A DNA stretch of 64,000 nt from Candidatus Bathyarchaeum tardum (GCA_024650005.2 CP122380.1:1792001-1856000); one strand, 5' to 3'. Positions 1-9,638 are shown, numbered from the stretch's first letter. Program-made: numbers and translations. The notes: generated by a model not told the origin, from the sequence alone.

Positions 1-212
1 TTCTTTCGTTTTTCAGCGATAAGCCTAGCATGAGAACGACAAACCCCTTTTGAGGGAAGACGTTTGACTACTTTTTCGTGAATTAACTTACGGATTTCTT
101 CACGAGTGATAGCAGCTTCAACGTAATCAATTCGTTCAGGATCAATCCAAACTCGGGTTTCACCGACTTTCAATATATCGGCAGCTAACCGACGTTGACT
201 TTTAAGACTCAT
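1..212 (-). CDS. rpl19e: 50S ribosomal protein L19e (5' part; truncated by window edge)
   Basis: Not in the ORF track. Manual translation from ATG at 212: [44 protein letters not shown], the typical L19e N-terminus; follows L32e. Confidence 0.95.
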   Translation of the reverse strand, partial: MSLKSQRRLAADILKVGETRVWIDPERIDYVEAAITREEIRKLIHEKVVKRLPSKGVCRSHARLIAEKRK

Positions 213-654
213 TTACTTCTTCTCCATTTTCTTTTGATTCAATATCTTCCCGAGTTTTGCGTGAGTTCAAAACGTGAATTCCTTTCACTTCAGCAGCGGC
301 AATTATATCAAGTCTTTTTTTGGCACCTACTGTGTGAGCTACACGGACAGCTTGAATTTCTGGGTCGATTCCACCTAAGTCTTCAACATTGAAAACGCGT
401 GTTTCTACATACCCAGAAGGGTGTAATCCTCTGGTAGCTTTTGGACTTTGATAACCAACAGTTGGTGATGCAGGCCAACCTTTAACTTTTTTGCGCATTT
501 TGCTGTCGATACCATGAGGTCGTCTCCATCTATCGGTAACTCTTTTGTATCTCCAGCTCTCTTGCCTTCTAAATTTGGGCTTTTTGTTTTTTACATAAGC
601 GTTCTTAGAAGAAGATTGCTCGCCCATATTAACTTCTTTTTCTTCAGTTGTCAA
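202..654 (-). CDS. rpl32e: 50S ribosomal protein L32e
   Basis: [27 protein letters not shown] and RGLHPSG motifs; operon position. Confidence 0.95.
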   Translation of the reverse strand: MTTEEKEVNMGEQSSSKNAYVKNKKPKFRRQESWRYKRVTDRWRRPHGIDSKMRKKVKGWPASPTVGYQSPKATRGLHPSGYVETRVFNVEDLGGIDPEIQAVRVAHTVGAKKRLDIIAAAEVKGIHVLNSRKTREDIESKENGEEVNES

Positions 655-1199
655 TCTACGAATCCCTCATGTTCTTCAAAAACATAAATACCGTCCAAGA
701 AAACTCGTGGGTCTTTGGACTTTATTTTTGTACCATTCTGGATATTTGCGGCAGTTTGGCTAACATCCTCTTTGTTTATTCCTTGAATGATAATATCGTC
801 ACCATTTATTTTGACGTTGCAATTTCCCATTATTTTGGCTTTTCGTGGATTACGCTCACCAGTAAAATTTGCAATGGTCAAATAGTTGCCTACAACCTTG
901 ACAGTTATAGGAAAGTGAGAATAAACAATTTTCAATTTATGCGTATACCCAGTTGTTACTCCCGTTATCATGTTCTTTATATGAGAACTCACAGTTCCCA
1001 CTAGGGCTGCTTCTCTTTTGCGGGGCCAGCTTGCTTGAATGGTAAAAGTTTTACCATCTAACCGGATGTTAACGGATGCATGTGAAAAGTCTCTTACGAG
1101 TTCACCTTTTTCACCTTTAATTGTGACTGTTCTTCCATCGAGCATGCCCACTACATTTTCGGGGACTTCAACTGTTGATACGGTTTCTATTGCACGCAT
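651..1199 (-). CDS. rpl6: 50S ribosomal protein L6
   Basis: KGEKGEL, YSHFPI, NFTGE, KDPRVFLDGIY motifs. Confidence 0.96.
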   Translation of the reverse strand: MRAIETVSTVEVPENVVGMLDGRTVTIKGEKGELVRDFSHASVNIRLDGKTFTIQASWPRKREAALVGTVSSHIKNMITGVTTGYTHKLKIVYSHFPITVKVVGNYLTIANFTGERNPRKAKIMGNCNVKINGDDIIIQGINKEDVSQTAANIQNGTKIKSKDPRVFLDGIYVFEEHEGFVD

Positions 1200-1211
1200 T
1201 TTCTTCTTCTC

Positions 1212-1604
1212 CTAATAAACAAAGGCCAAAAGACGACCGCCAATCTTTTTCTCTCTTACCTCTTTATGGGATAGAACGCCTTGAGAGGTGGAAAAGACCA
1301 GCACACCTATGTCTCTGGAGGGGAGGAATTGTTTTTCCCAGTTCTCGATTTCTTTAGAGTTAACAGGAATTCTGGGCTTTATAGCACCACATTTGTTAAC
1401 TCGACCAAGAAGTTGCACTCGGAACTTTCCGGAGCGGCCATCATCAATGAATTCGAATTCTCCGATGTAACCGTTAAGCTGCATTACTCTCAAAACACGC
1501 CCTAGTAACTTGGAGGCCTGATTGATTATGCATTCTCGTTTTCGGCGCATTTCGTTATTTATGATTGTAGTCAAACCATTTGCGAGCGTGTCCATCATAG
1601 GCAA
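1212..1604 (-). CDS. rps8: 30S ribosomal protein S8
   Basis: [35 protein letters not shown]. Confidence 0.97.
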   Translation of the reverse strand: MPMMDTLANGLTTIINNEMRRKRECIINQASKLLGRVLRVMQLNGYIGEFEFIDDGRSGKFRVQLLGRVNKCGAIKPRIPVNSKEIENWEKQFLPSRDIGVLVFSTSQGVLSHKEVREKKIGGRLLAFVY

Positions 1605-1621
1605 ATCTGATACATCTCCAT

Positions 1622-1786
1622 TTACTCATATTTCCTGAAACCCAGGTCGCTTGCAATTTCACGGAAACATTGGCGACAAAGGTCTAATCCATAGCTGCGT
1701 ACAAGGGAACCGTAGGATCCACATCGCCTACAGGGACGACTGCCCTTACCGAATTTTCGTTCAACTTTAGTTTGCTGTTTCACCAT
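1622..1786 (-). CDS. rps14: 30S ribosomal protein S14 (zinc-binding type)
   Basis: 54 aa, below the ORF-track cutoff: [54 protein letters not shown]. CxxC...CRQCFRE motif; GGTGA RBS. Confidence 0.96.
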   Translation of the reverse strand: MVKQQTKVERKFGKGSRPCRRCGSYGSLVRSYGLDLCRQCFREIASDLGFRKYE

Positions 1787-1796
1787 GATTCACCAT

Positions 1797-2618
1797 TTAT
1801 TGTATTTCAACATCAAATTCGTCTTTAATAAACAATATCGCTTCTTCGGCAGTTAGCTGATGGTCTTTACCAACTTTAGCTTGCCGACGGTGTCTGCGCT
1901 TAACGCGATAACCAGCTCTGCCAAGAGAAACTGAAACGTCCATACCGTGAATTCCCAGTTCAGGCAAATATTTGATCCCTGGAATGTTAATGTGCTCTTT
2001 GATTCCGAAAGAGAAGTTTCCTTGATTATCAAAAGCGTATTTTGAAAGTTTCTTTTCAACAGCATATAAAGCTTTGACTAAGAACATTTTTGCAGATTCT
2101 TCCCTAAGAGTAACTACACAGGCAATTGGTTCGCCTTTCCTGATACCAAACTCACGTATAGTCTTTCTTGCGTTTCGTTTGGAAGGCTTTTGGTTTGTTA
2201 ATTGTTTAATAATTGTTACTGCTTGTTCCAAAGGGGCACCAGATTTTCCTACAGACATGTTAACGGTTACTTTCTCAATCACAGGAATAAGCATAGGATT
2301 TCCAGCCCATTCTTTGCGCACAGGTTTAGCAACAACCTTAGGTGCAGGTTTTTCGTCAACTACAGACTCTGCTTCAACAGGAGCTTCAAGTTCAGAAACA
2401 GTTTCTTCCTTGACGGGTTTTTCCTCTTTAACTGCTTTCTCCTTTTTAGCAGATGCAGGTTCAGCTTTAGATTCCGGGGTTTTTTTAGTTACAGTTTTCT
2501 TCGCAACTTTAGCATTTGATTTAGCTGCTTTCTTTTCTTTGGCTTCGGTCTCAGTAGCAGGTGCTTTTGTTTCCTCTTCGGTTGCAACTGTTTCAGGTGT
2601 TTGTTTTTCGTCGGCCAT
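1797..2618 (-). CDS. rpl5: 50S ribosomal protein L5 with ~105-aa low-complexity N-terminal extension
   Basis: NPM..IEKVTVNMSVG, REFGIRKGEPIAC, FDNQGNFSFGIKEH, GIHGMDV. Confidence 0.95.
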   Translation of the reverse strand: MADEKQTPETVATEEETKAPATETEAKEKKAAKSNAKVAKKTVTKKTPESKAEPASAKKEKAVKEEKPVKEETVSELEAPVEAESVVDEKPAPKVVAKPVRKEWAGNPMLIPVIEKVTVNMSVGKSGAPLEQAVTIIKQLTNQKPSKRNARKTIREFGIRKGEPIACVVTLREESAKMFLVKALYAVEKKLSKYAFDNQGNFSFGIKEHINIPGIKYLPELGIHGMDVSVSLGRAGYRVKRRHRRQAKVGKDHQLTAEEAILFIKDEFDVEIQ

Positions 2619-2619
2619 G

Positions 2620-3378
2620 TTACTTTGCCTCCGGTAAAGCTATTGAAGATTGATTGTCTCCTAGAACGAATACGAAATCAAGGATTGTTTGCAACTGGTT
2701 ACCGTGTACATCTTTGATAGTTACAAGTAGGTCTCTACGTTTTTTGTCTGCTTGGTCTTCAATTGAGTCAATCTTGCCGACTTTGCCCATGTTCTTTCCA
2801 CCGATTACTATTACGTAGGAACCAACAGCCAGTTTATTGTAACCAATAAGCTCTCGTCCAGGAATGCTGAGCTTGAGAACGTCAAGAGTTTGATATACAA
2901 CTTTTTCAGGAGTCACAGATTCAGTCTCATTAACTAGATAACTTGAGCCATCATGAAGGTCAAGTTGCAACTTTCCATTTTTTACGAGGGTTTTGTCTTC
3001 AACTCGATAAACTTTGGATGAAGCATCCTCAGAATCAATGGCATGCAAAAAAAGACCCTTACCTGAAGGCAAGACTCTGTATGATTTGTTAATGCCAGGA
3101 ACAGAAATTACATCCATCAAACCAACAAGAAACTTGTCGTCTGTTCGTACTTTTCCGTCCACCAAGATTTTTCCTGAACAGATAATGTTTCTAGCTTCCT
3201 TAGCGGTTTTTGCAAATCCTAACATATCCCGCACAATTAGGGCTAGAGGTAAAGAACGTGCAGCAGGATGTGGTCCAGGGGTTGGTTTTACTGTCCACAC
3301 TGCTTCTTTTCTGTGAATAGGCCATAATTTTGGAGCTGGTTTTCGCTTAAGATGACCGCGTTCGCCTTTTCTTCCCAT
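2620..3378 (-). CDS. rps4e: 30S ribosomal protein S4e
   Basis: HLKRKPAPKLWPI, PGPH, VDGKVRTD, VGLMDVIS, GGKNMG. Confidence 0.96.
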   Translation of the reverse strand: MGRKGERGHLKRKPAPKLWPIHRKEAVWTVKPTPGPHPAARSLPLALIVRDMLGFAKTAKEARNIICSGKILVDGKVRTDDKFLVGLMDVISVPGINKSYRVLPSGKGLFLHAIDSEDASSKVYRVEDKTLVKNGKLQLDLHDGSSYLVNETESVTPEKVVYQTLDVLKLSIPGRELIGYNKLAVGSYVIVIGGKNMGKVGKIDSIEDQADKKRRDLLVTIKDVHGNQLQTILDFVFVLGDNQSSIALPEAK

Positions 3379-3379
3379 A

Positions 3380-3838
3380 TTATTTTCCTCCAGTTTCCTC
3401 TTTTACTTTAGTTGATTTTTTCGTAGTTTTAGTTGCTTTTTTCTTAGGCTCTTCTTTGGATGACTCAGCTTTTTCAGTTGATGCTTTTCGCTCCAAGACT
3501 TTTTTGCGCCATTTATCATCTAGATTCAGGCGTGTAATCACTACTTTCGAAGGATGAATTGGAACAGGAATTGTTGTCCCATCTACTTTTTCTCGAGTTG
3601 CACCTTCTATAAAGATTCGATACTTTTTTCGATCAATCTGATTGATTTTTCCTTCAGAACCTTTACGGTCGCCTCTCATGACCATAACAGTGTCGCCGTT
3701 TCTAACAGGAAGTGAACTAATTCCGTGGGATTCTTTCAATTTTGCTGAAAGGGGAGCAGAAAATCGTTTATACCTGTCACTAACAGAAGCTTGATACATC
3801 CTTTTTCTTTGTTTAGTGGGTTTTGTTGTTTTCATCAA
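3380..3838 (-). CDS. rpl24: 50S ribosomal protein L24
   Basis: KPTKQRK, GDTVMVMRGD (KOW), IHPSKVVIT. Confidence 0.95.
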   Translation of the reverse strand: MMKTTKPTKQRKRMYQASVSDRYKRFSAPLSAKLKESHGISSLPVRNGDTVMVMRGDRKGSEGKINQIDRKKYRIFIEGATREKVDGTTIPVPIHPSKVVITRLNLDDKWRKKVLERKASTEKAESSKEEPKKKATKTTKKSTKVKEETGGK

Positions 3839-3847
3839 TTTACTCTC

Positions 3848-4288
3848 CTATAGGATGATACTTGCAGCGCTGGCAATTCTTGGCCATTTTTCTGCTGCCT
3901 CTTTTGCGATAGGTCCACGAATTTCTGAACCACGCATTTCTCCTTCAGGAGTCATTACTACTGCCGCGTTGTCTTCGAATTGCACCCAAGTTCCGTCTAC
4001 TCGTCGAAATGGCTTTCTTTGGCGCACAACTACGGCATGGAATATTTTTTTCCTCATATCAGGCGTACCTTTTCTAACAGATATAGTTATCAGGTCACCT
4101 ACAGAAGCTGATGGAACACGTCTAATCCTTCCCTTGTAGCCAACTACTTGGATTAATCGTACTTCTCGAGCACCAGAGTTGTCAGCACATTTCAGAAGAG
4201 CGCCGTTGTTTAGCCCTCGGGAAATTTTTGGTTTCTGACCGACGACTCCTTTGGCCATGAAAGCGCGTGACTTAGCGCGTGCTGCCAC
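3848..4288 (-). CDS. rpl14: 50S ribosomal protein L14
   Basis: CADNSGA, FEDNAAVV, GSEIRGPIAKE. The GTG at 4288 sits 9 nt after GGAGG, so I prefer it over the ATG at 4297. Confidence 0.96.
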   Translation of the reverse strand: MAARAKSRAFMAKGVVGQKPKISRGLNNGALLKCADNSGAREVRLIQVVGYKGRIRRVPSASVGDLITISVRKGTPDMRKKIFHAVVVRQRKPFRRVDGTWVQFEDNAAVVMTPEGEMRGSEIRGPIAKEAAEKWPRIASAASIIL

Positions 4289-4610
4289 CAGAACCATCCT
4301 CCAGTTTTTCTATTACAACGAAGCCAACTGTCTTGCTTATTGGGCGACATTCAGCTAATCGTACCTTGTCTCCTGCTTTTACTTCAAGGCATGGAGGATT
4401 ATGTGCGGGTACGTTGCTTCGTCTTTTTTCATATCTTCTGTATTTTGGAACGTAATTAAGGTAGTCACGACGAACAATAACGGTTTTTTCCATTTTGTTA
4501 CTAACAACTGTTCCTTCTAGCGCGTGCCCTCTCAAGGCTAGTGTCCCATGAAAGGGGCAGTTAATATCGTCACATGTTTTCTTTGGTTTTTTTGCAGTTA
4601 AAGCTGACAT
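4272..4610 (-). CDS. rps17: 30S ribosomal protein S17
   Basis: CDDINCPFHG, KYRRYEKR, ECRPISKT. Confidence 0.96.
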   Translation of the reverse strand: MSALTAKKPKKTCDDINCPFHGTLALRGHALEGTVVSNKMEKTVIVRRDYLNYVPKYRRYEKRRSNVPAHNPPCLEVKAGDKVRLAECRPISKTVGFVVIEKLEDGSGGSTR

Positions 4611-4892
4611 TTACCAAACTCTCCTAATTCTTTTTTTGAGTCGGTCTTCAGATCGGCCCACCATAAGATTCCCGTCGATTTGAACACCTGTCCCATTTGA
4701 CAGAATGAAATCAAAAACGGCAGTGTCTTTGATGACAACCTTTCTTTCTCTATTACATGATAATGTAAATGTGTTACGGGTCTCATCTATAACTAAACCT
4801 TTCAGTCCAACAACAGATGGGTTTAAACATTTAGCCACACAAGCTTCAAGACCAATAAACTCGTCTTGAACTACACTGGGAGTGACTTTCAT
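4611..4892 (-). CDS. rnp1: Ribonuclease P protein component 1 (Rpp29/Pop4)
   Basis: EFIGL..GLKGLVIDETRNT..GRSEDRLKK; canonical position upstream of S17. Confidence 0.92.
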   Translation of the reverse strand: MKVTPSVVQDEFIGLEACVAKCLNPSVVGLKGLVIDETRNTFTLSCNRERKVVIKDTAVFDFILSNGTGVQIDGNLMVGRSEDRLKKRIRRVW

Positions 4893-5104
4893 TACTGTTC
4901 ATTCCTCCCTTGTTCTTCAGTTTCAATGGTTAACAGACGAGCAATTGTTTTACGAAGTGCACGAATTTGCGATGGATTATCAATAGCGCCTCCTGCGGCA
5001 ACCATTGTTTTTAACCTTGCAAGCTCAGTTCGAAGCTCGTTAACTTTTTCGAGGCGTTTTTCAGAAGACAATTCACGCATTTCTTTAACTCGTAAAATTG
5101 GCAT
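4892..5104 (-). CDS. rpl29: 50S ribosomal protein L29
   Basis: LRVKEMRELS..NPSQIRALRKTIARLLT. Confidence 0.95.
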   Translation of the reverse strand: MPILRVKEMRELSSEKRLEKVNELRTELARLKTMVAAGGAIDNPSQIRALRKTIARLLTIETEEQGRNEQ

Positions 5105-5106
5105 GA

Positions 5107-6078
5107 TTATTCGCCAGCCTCATTTTTTTCTTCAACTGGAACAGATTCTGTTTCAGTTACTTTCTCTTCAGATTTTTCCTCTTTCACAGGAACTTCAACC
5201 TCAGCTTCAGGAGATTCTTCAGTTACAGGTTCTTTTGAAGGCTCAGCTTCAGGCTCAACTGCTTTAGGCTCTTCTACAACTTCAGGTTCAGCAACTTCTG
5301 CTTTTGCAGGTTTTTCGTCTTTTGTAACGGGTTCAGCTGTTTCTTTTTCTTCAGCTGAAACGTCAACAGGTTCAGATTCCGGAGCTTTCACAGGTTCTTC
5401 TGCAGGCGTGGATTCTTGTTCAACTGGGGTTTCAACAACTTTTTCTTCGATTATAGCTTCAGGTTTAGGTTCGGGCTTATCTTCAATAGTGTATACTTCA
5501 AGTTTGTCAGGGAATACTGCATCAGGTGGAAGAAGGCTCACTTTTACGCCTAATGTTCCGGGTTTAAGATGAACGTGCAATTCTGCAGTTCGCATGTATT
5601 GTCGAGGTGGATCTCCACTCTTGGGGAGGTACCCTTCGATGAATTTTTCGTAGCGGGCACGGTCGGTACGAAGCTTGCCGCTGATGATGATTTCGATGCC
5701 CAGTGCACCGGCTTCCATTGCATTGGTTATGGCCCAGAAAGCTGAACGCCGGTAGTGGATACCACGTTTCAAAGCTGAAGCAATTCTGGATGCAACTACG
5801 TGTGCGTTTAGTTCGGGAACTTCGATTTCAGCGACAGAAATTTGTGGGCTTGGAAGTTGGAATTGTTGTTCTAGAATTTGGGCAAGGGCACGAATGGTTT
5901 CGCCACCGCGTCCAATTACTAATCCAGGGCGCATGGTATATATGACTATGTGAGTTCCTAGAGGTGTTTTTGTTAGGCTTACTCCACCGTATCCTGCGCG
6001 TTCGAATTCATTTTGTAAGAATTCTTCAATTTCTTTTCTTTTTATCGAATCTTCGATGAAATGTTTAACTACAGACAT
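5107..6078 (-). CDS. rps3: 30S ribosomal protein S3 with ~120-aa acidic C-terminal tail
   Basis: KH domain RPGLVIGRGG, GALGIEIIISGKL, LKPGTLGVKV. Confidence 0.96.
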   Translation of the reverse strand: MSVVKHFIEDSIKRKEIEEFLQNEFERAGYGGVSLTKTPLGTHIVIYTMRPGLVIGRGGETIRALAQILEQQFQLPSPQISVAEIEVPELNAHVVASRIASALKRGIHYRRSAFWAITNAMEAGALGIEIIISGKLRTDRARYEKFIEGYLPKSGDPPRQYMRTAELHVHLKPGTLGVKVSLLPPDAVFPDKLEVYTIEDKPEPKPEAIIEEKVVETPVEQESTPAEEPVKAPESEPVDVSAEEKETAEPVTKDEKPAKAEVAEPEVVEEPKAVEPEAEPSKEPVTEESPEAEVEVPVKEEKSEEKVTETESVPVEEKNEAGE

Positions 6079-6548
6079 TAAATTCCTTCCATTTCTTCCA
6101 AAACAAGTTCTACATGAGTGAGAGTGTTATATCTTGGTGATGAACGGCCAAAAGCTCGAGGAATAAACCGCTTAATTTTCATTCCAGGATAAGCTGAAGC
6201 GTGAACTATTCTTAGTTGTTCAATGTCAAGTCCTTTATATTCAGCGTTTGCTTCAGCGCCTTCGAGAACTTTTAAAATTTCTGTGGCAGTTTTTACGGGA
6301 AATCTTCCAGAAAACGCTTTTTCTAATCCATGGCGGTGAGGTACGTGTTTATTGAATCTTCCGAATGGAACAGCTTTTTTCTTTAAGATAACTTGTTGAA
6401 GGTAATCTTTAGCTTGTTCTAGTTTCATTCCGTTTATGGTTTTACATACTTCTCGGGCATGTTTATGGGACACCCTAAGTTCGCGTCCGCTAGCTTTGGC
6501 GGTCTTATCGGGTTCCATATCGGTTACTGAGTATCCCCATTTTGGCAT
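6078..6548 (-). CDS. rpl22: 50S ribosomal protein L22
   Basis: RVSHKHAREVC, GRFPVK, PRAFGRS, THVELVL; likely start MPKWGYS at 6548. Confidence 0.95.
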   Translation of the reverse strand: MPKWGYSVTDMEPDKTAKASGRELRVSHKHAREVCKTINGMKLEQAKDYLQQVILKKKAVPFGRFNKHVPHRHGLEKAFSGRFPVKTATEILKVLEGAEANAEYKGLDIEQLRIVHASAYPGMKIKRFIPRAFGRSSPRYNTLTHVELVLEEMEGI

Positions 6549-6578
6549 ATCTATCGTCCATCTGAGTAACAAACAGCA

Positions 6579-6592
6579 TATTTAAGCCTTTA
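6579..6592 (-). promoter_or_regulatory. Putative BRE/TATA promoter of the ribosomal protein operon
   Basis: Minus strand reads AAAGG-CTTAAATA about 30 nt upstream of the rpl22 ATG. Confidence 0.45.
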
Positions 6593-6746
6593 TGGCGGGG
6601 GAAAACATTTTGGGGGTAAAAAGCCAGTATAAAGGAGACTGAATCTACAGTTTAACATGTTAACTGGGGGAGAATTGCGATAAAAATTAAAACATTCCGG
6701 TAATTGTCTAAGTGTCAGGTAACTAAGAGTAAGGATGTAGAAAAGA

Positions 6747-7772
6747 TTGGGGAACAAAAATATTGTTCAAAATCAGGTTGTGGAAGAACTAAAAAAACCT
6801 GAAACATATCAAGAATCACCAAAAAAAATTGAGGTTAAACAGACTCACATATCTTACGTGTTTTTAACGGAAAAATTTGTTTACAAAGTTAAAAAGGCAG
6901 TAAATTTTGGGTTTTTGGATTTTTCGACTCTGGAAAAAAGACGACATTTTTGTGAAAAGGAACTAGTTCTTAACAAACGGTTATGCCGGGACATGTATCT
7001 AGAGGTAGTTTCAATTAACAGGTCATCTTCGGGACAAATCAGAATAAATGGCGAGGGAGAAACCGTTGAGTTTGCCGTCAAGATGAAGAAAATGCCTGAC
7101 GAAACAATAATGACCCGCCTTCTGGAAGAGAATAAAATTGACAAAAACATTATGGATAAAATGGCAAAAATTATTGCAGATTTTCATGAAAAAGTAGATG
7201 CATCCCGAACAAACGGTGAATTTGAAGCCATATCCATTATAGAAACTAACTGGAAAGAAAATTTTGAGCAAACACAAGAATTTATTTGTAGAAGCATTTC
7301 AGCAAAAACACACCAGTTTATTCAAGAAAAGATAGACCAATTTATGAAAAATAACCAATACTTGCTCAAAAAAAGAGTGATTGAAAACAAAATCAAAAAA
7401 TGTCATGGCGACATGCATTCCGGGAACATTTTTGTTGCAGACAAGATTTACATTTTTGATGCCATCGAATTCAATGAACGATTCAGTAACTGTGATGTTG
7501 CTTCGGAAATAGCCTTTTTGGCCATGGACTTGGATTTTAAAGGGCACAAGGATTTGTCTCGTTTTTTTGTTGAAAAATATGTAAAGCATTCTGGCGATCA
7601 AGAGTTACTGGAGTTACTGGATTTTTACAAATGTTATCGGGCTTATGTACGAGGAAAGGTCACCAGTTTTAAACTAAATGACCCAAGCGTTAGCGAGGAA
7701 GAAAAAACTGCAACGATAAAAGAGGCAACTGCATATTTTGAGTTAGCTTTAGAATATGCAAAAAAAATGTAA
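6747..7772 (+). CDS. Aminoglycoside-phosphotransferase-like kinase (COG2187-type N-terminal domain, standalone)
   Basis: QTHISYVFL, YKVKKAVNFGFLDFSTLEKR, CHGDMHSGNI, FDAIEFNERF, DVASEIAFLAMDL, YKCYRAYVRGKV. Confidence 0.85.
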   Translation: MGNKNIVQNQVVEELKKPETYQESPKKIEVKQTHISYVFLTEKFVYKVKKAVNFGFLDFSTLEKRRHFCEKELVLNKRLCRDMYLEVVSINRSSSGQIRINGEGETVEFAVKMKKMPDETIMTRLLEENKIDKNIMDKMAKIIADFHEKVDASRTNGEFEAISIIETNWKENFEQTQEFICRSISAKTHQFIQEKIDQFMKNNQYLLKKRVIENKIKKCHGDMHSGNIFVADKIYIFDAIEFNERFSNCDVASEIAFLAMDLDFKGHKDLSRFFVEKYVKHSGDQELLELLDFYKCYRAYVRGKVTSFKLNDPSVSEEEKTATIKEATAYFELALEYAKKM

Positions 7773-7776
7773 AAAA

Positions 7777-8646
7777 CTAGACGAATTGTTTTGCTACAAA
7801 GTCGGGGACTTTAACTGTTCCCATAATGATTGGGTTTTGGTGGCAGTCGCTGCCGCCGGTCATTTTTAAGCCATTTTGTTTTGCAAACTTCACATAATGT
7901 TTTGTTGTTTCTGGGCTGCTTCTGGAGTGCCAGCATTCGATACCATCAAGGTGCTTCAGTAAAGAGTTTTTGATTATGCTGGTTTGCTCATCCAAGGAAC
8001 TAGTTATTTTTACCATTGAAGTTCCGTATGGATCATTTGGGTGAGCCAGCACGGCAAACCCTCCAGCATCTCTTAGTAGTTTTGAGGCTTCTTGTGCATA
8101 AAGAGGGTATTTTGGAACATTACATTTGACAAGATATGTAAGAAAGGCTTCTTTTCGGTCTTTTACTATACCTTTTTTGATCAAATAGTCTGCAATGTGC
8201 GGTCGACCAAGGGCGCCAGCAGCAGAATTTTGGATTTGAACCAGATCATTTTTTGTAAACTTGGATATACCTTCCTTTTCAAATTCTGCATTCAGTTTTT
8301 CCAGAATTTTTATGGCACGTTTTTCACGATAGTCACTGAGCTGTTTTAGTTTAGACAATAAGGCTTTGTTATTTACGTCAAAGTTGTAACCCAACAAATC
8401 TAAGGAAACTGACTTGCCGTCAAGAAAATCGGGGCAAGAAAATGTAATATTTAGTTCAACGCCACTGACGTAATTGATTCCGTGTTTTTTTGCCAAGTCC
8501 ATGGCTTCTTGTTGGCAACCAATCGAGTCATGGTCACTAATGGACATTAACCCAATGTTTCGGGCTTTGGCTTCTTTAATAATTTCTTGAACAGTCAGTT
8601 TTCCGTCTGAACAAGTTTTCGAGTGAATATGCAAATCAATTATCAT
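7777..8646 (-). CDS. PHP-domain phosphoesterase (TrpH/YciV-like)
   Basis: DLHIHSKTCSDG, SDHD, GVEL, GRPHIA, LAHP, GIECWH, GGSDCH. Confidence 0.9.
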   Translation of the reverse strand: MIIDLHIHSKTCSDGKLTVQEIIKEAKARNIGLMSISDHDSIGCQQEAMDLAKKHGINYVSGVELNITFSCPDFLDGKSVSLDLLGYNFDVNNKALLSKLKQLSDYREKRAIKILEKLNAEFEKEGISKFTKNDLVQIQNSAAGALGRPHIADYLIKKGIVKDRKEAFLTYLVKCNVPKYPLYAQEASKLLRDAGGFAVLAHPNDPYGTSMVKITSSLDEQTSIIKNSLLKHLDGIECWHSRSSPETTKHYVKFAKQNGLKMTGGSDCHQNPIIMGTVKVPDFVAKQFV

Positions 8647-8658
8647 GATACAGTCCAG

Positions 8659-9261
8659 TTACTTGACCACTTTTCCTATGATGCACCAAGTTTCAGGCTC
8701 ATCATGTTCGGTGTCAACAGTTAAGTGAGTTATCTCAAGGTTAGGATGTAACTGTTTAAAGTCCATTAAATCAACTTCTTCAAACCTGTTTTTGTTTGCA
8801 TCATAAGCCTCTTTGGTCAGGGCATTTGATTCATAGTTTTCTTTGGTTCTACGCAATATCCGGCGCATAGAAGACTCTTCAGAGCAATGAGTCTGCAAAA
8901 TAACAAAAGGTATGTTAGCTTTTGCTGCAACTTCTGCTGCTCTTCGGCGCAAACTCTGGGTTACAAACGTGGCATCTAATATTACACCCTTCCCTTTTTT
9001 TGCCAAGTCTGCAGCTTGACAGAACATTTCGTTGTAGACCATTTCGCGTTTATTCATGTTTCCTGCTACTTTGACGTCAAATATGTCGTCGTTTTTGAGG
9101 ACTTCTAGACGAATTATGTCAGTTCTTAGAATTGGGTATCCTTTCAGTTTTGCGATTTCTTGAGAAGTTTCAGTTTTGTAGGTTCCAGGAAGTCCACAAG
9201 TAATCAATAAAATGTTAGGAGCTAATTCAGATTCAACAAACTTTGCGAAGGGTTCTCTCAA
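8659..9261 (-). CDS. AAA_33 / COG0645-type P-loop kinase
   Basis: ITCGLPGTYKT (variant Walker A), RTDIIR, VILDATF, RILRR lid. Confidence 0.82.
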   Translation of the reverse strand: MREPFAKFVESELAPNILLITCGLPGTYKTETSQEIAKLKGYPILRTDIIRLEVLKNDDIFDVKVAGNMNKREMVYNEMFCQAADLAKKGKGVILDATFVTQSLRRRAAEVAAKANIPFVILQTHCSEESSMRRILRRTKENYESNALTKEAYDANKNRFEEVDLMDFKQLHPNLEITHLTVDTEHDEPETWCIIGKVVK

Positions 9262-9421
9262 TCATTACACCAACGGTTACTGCAATGCAAAGAAAAAATA
9301 ATAATGTTTTGCACAAAACCAAAGCCCCTAATTTGTTTATTTGGCATTTTTGCTTCATTTTGTCTTATATCAAAAATGTACATTTTATAAAAGGCTTGAA
9401 CCATGTCTATAACGACACACA

Positions 9422-9613
9422 ATGAAGAAACTGGAAACAAGAATCCTAGGATTTACATTTATTTTTGCAGGCATTTTGATGGTAATCCATCACTTCATAA
9501 TCAGCGGCAGATTGTTTGACTTAAAGGATATATTACATCACGAATTTTTTGAAGCCATAGCTTTCACTGCTGGAATAGTGCTTATTTTAACTACAATGTT
9601 CGAGAATAATTGA
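9422..9613 (+). CDS. Small two-TM membrane protein
   Basis: 63 aa, two hydrophobic segments flanking an HHEFFE loop; no overlap with larger ORFs. Confidence 0.6.
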   Translation: MKKLETRILGFTFIFAGILMVIHHFIISGRLFDLKDILHHEFFEAIAFTAGIVLILTTMFENN

Positions 9614-9638
9614 CAATCTAATCATTCAAATTAAATTT

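Noticed and set aside
2074-2637. 187-aa plus-strand ORF and the many other antisense ORFs in the track
   Set aside because: Shadow frames opposite well-supported genes (here the low-complexity part of rpl5).
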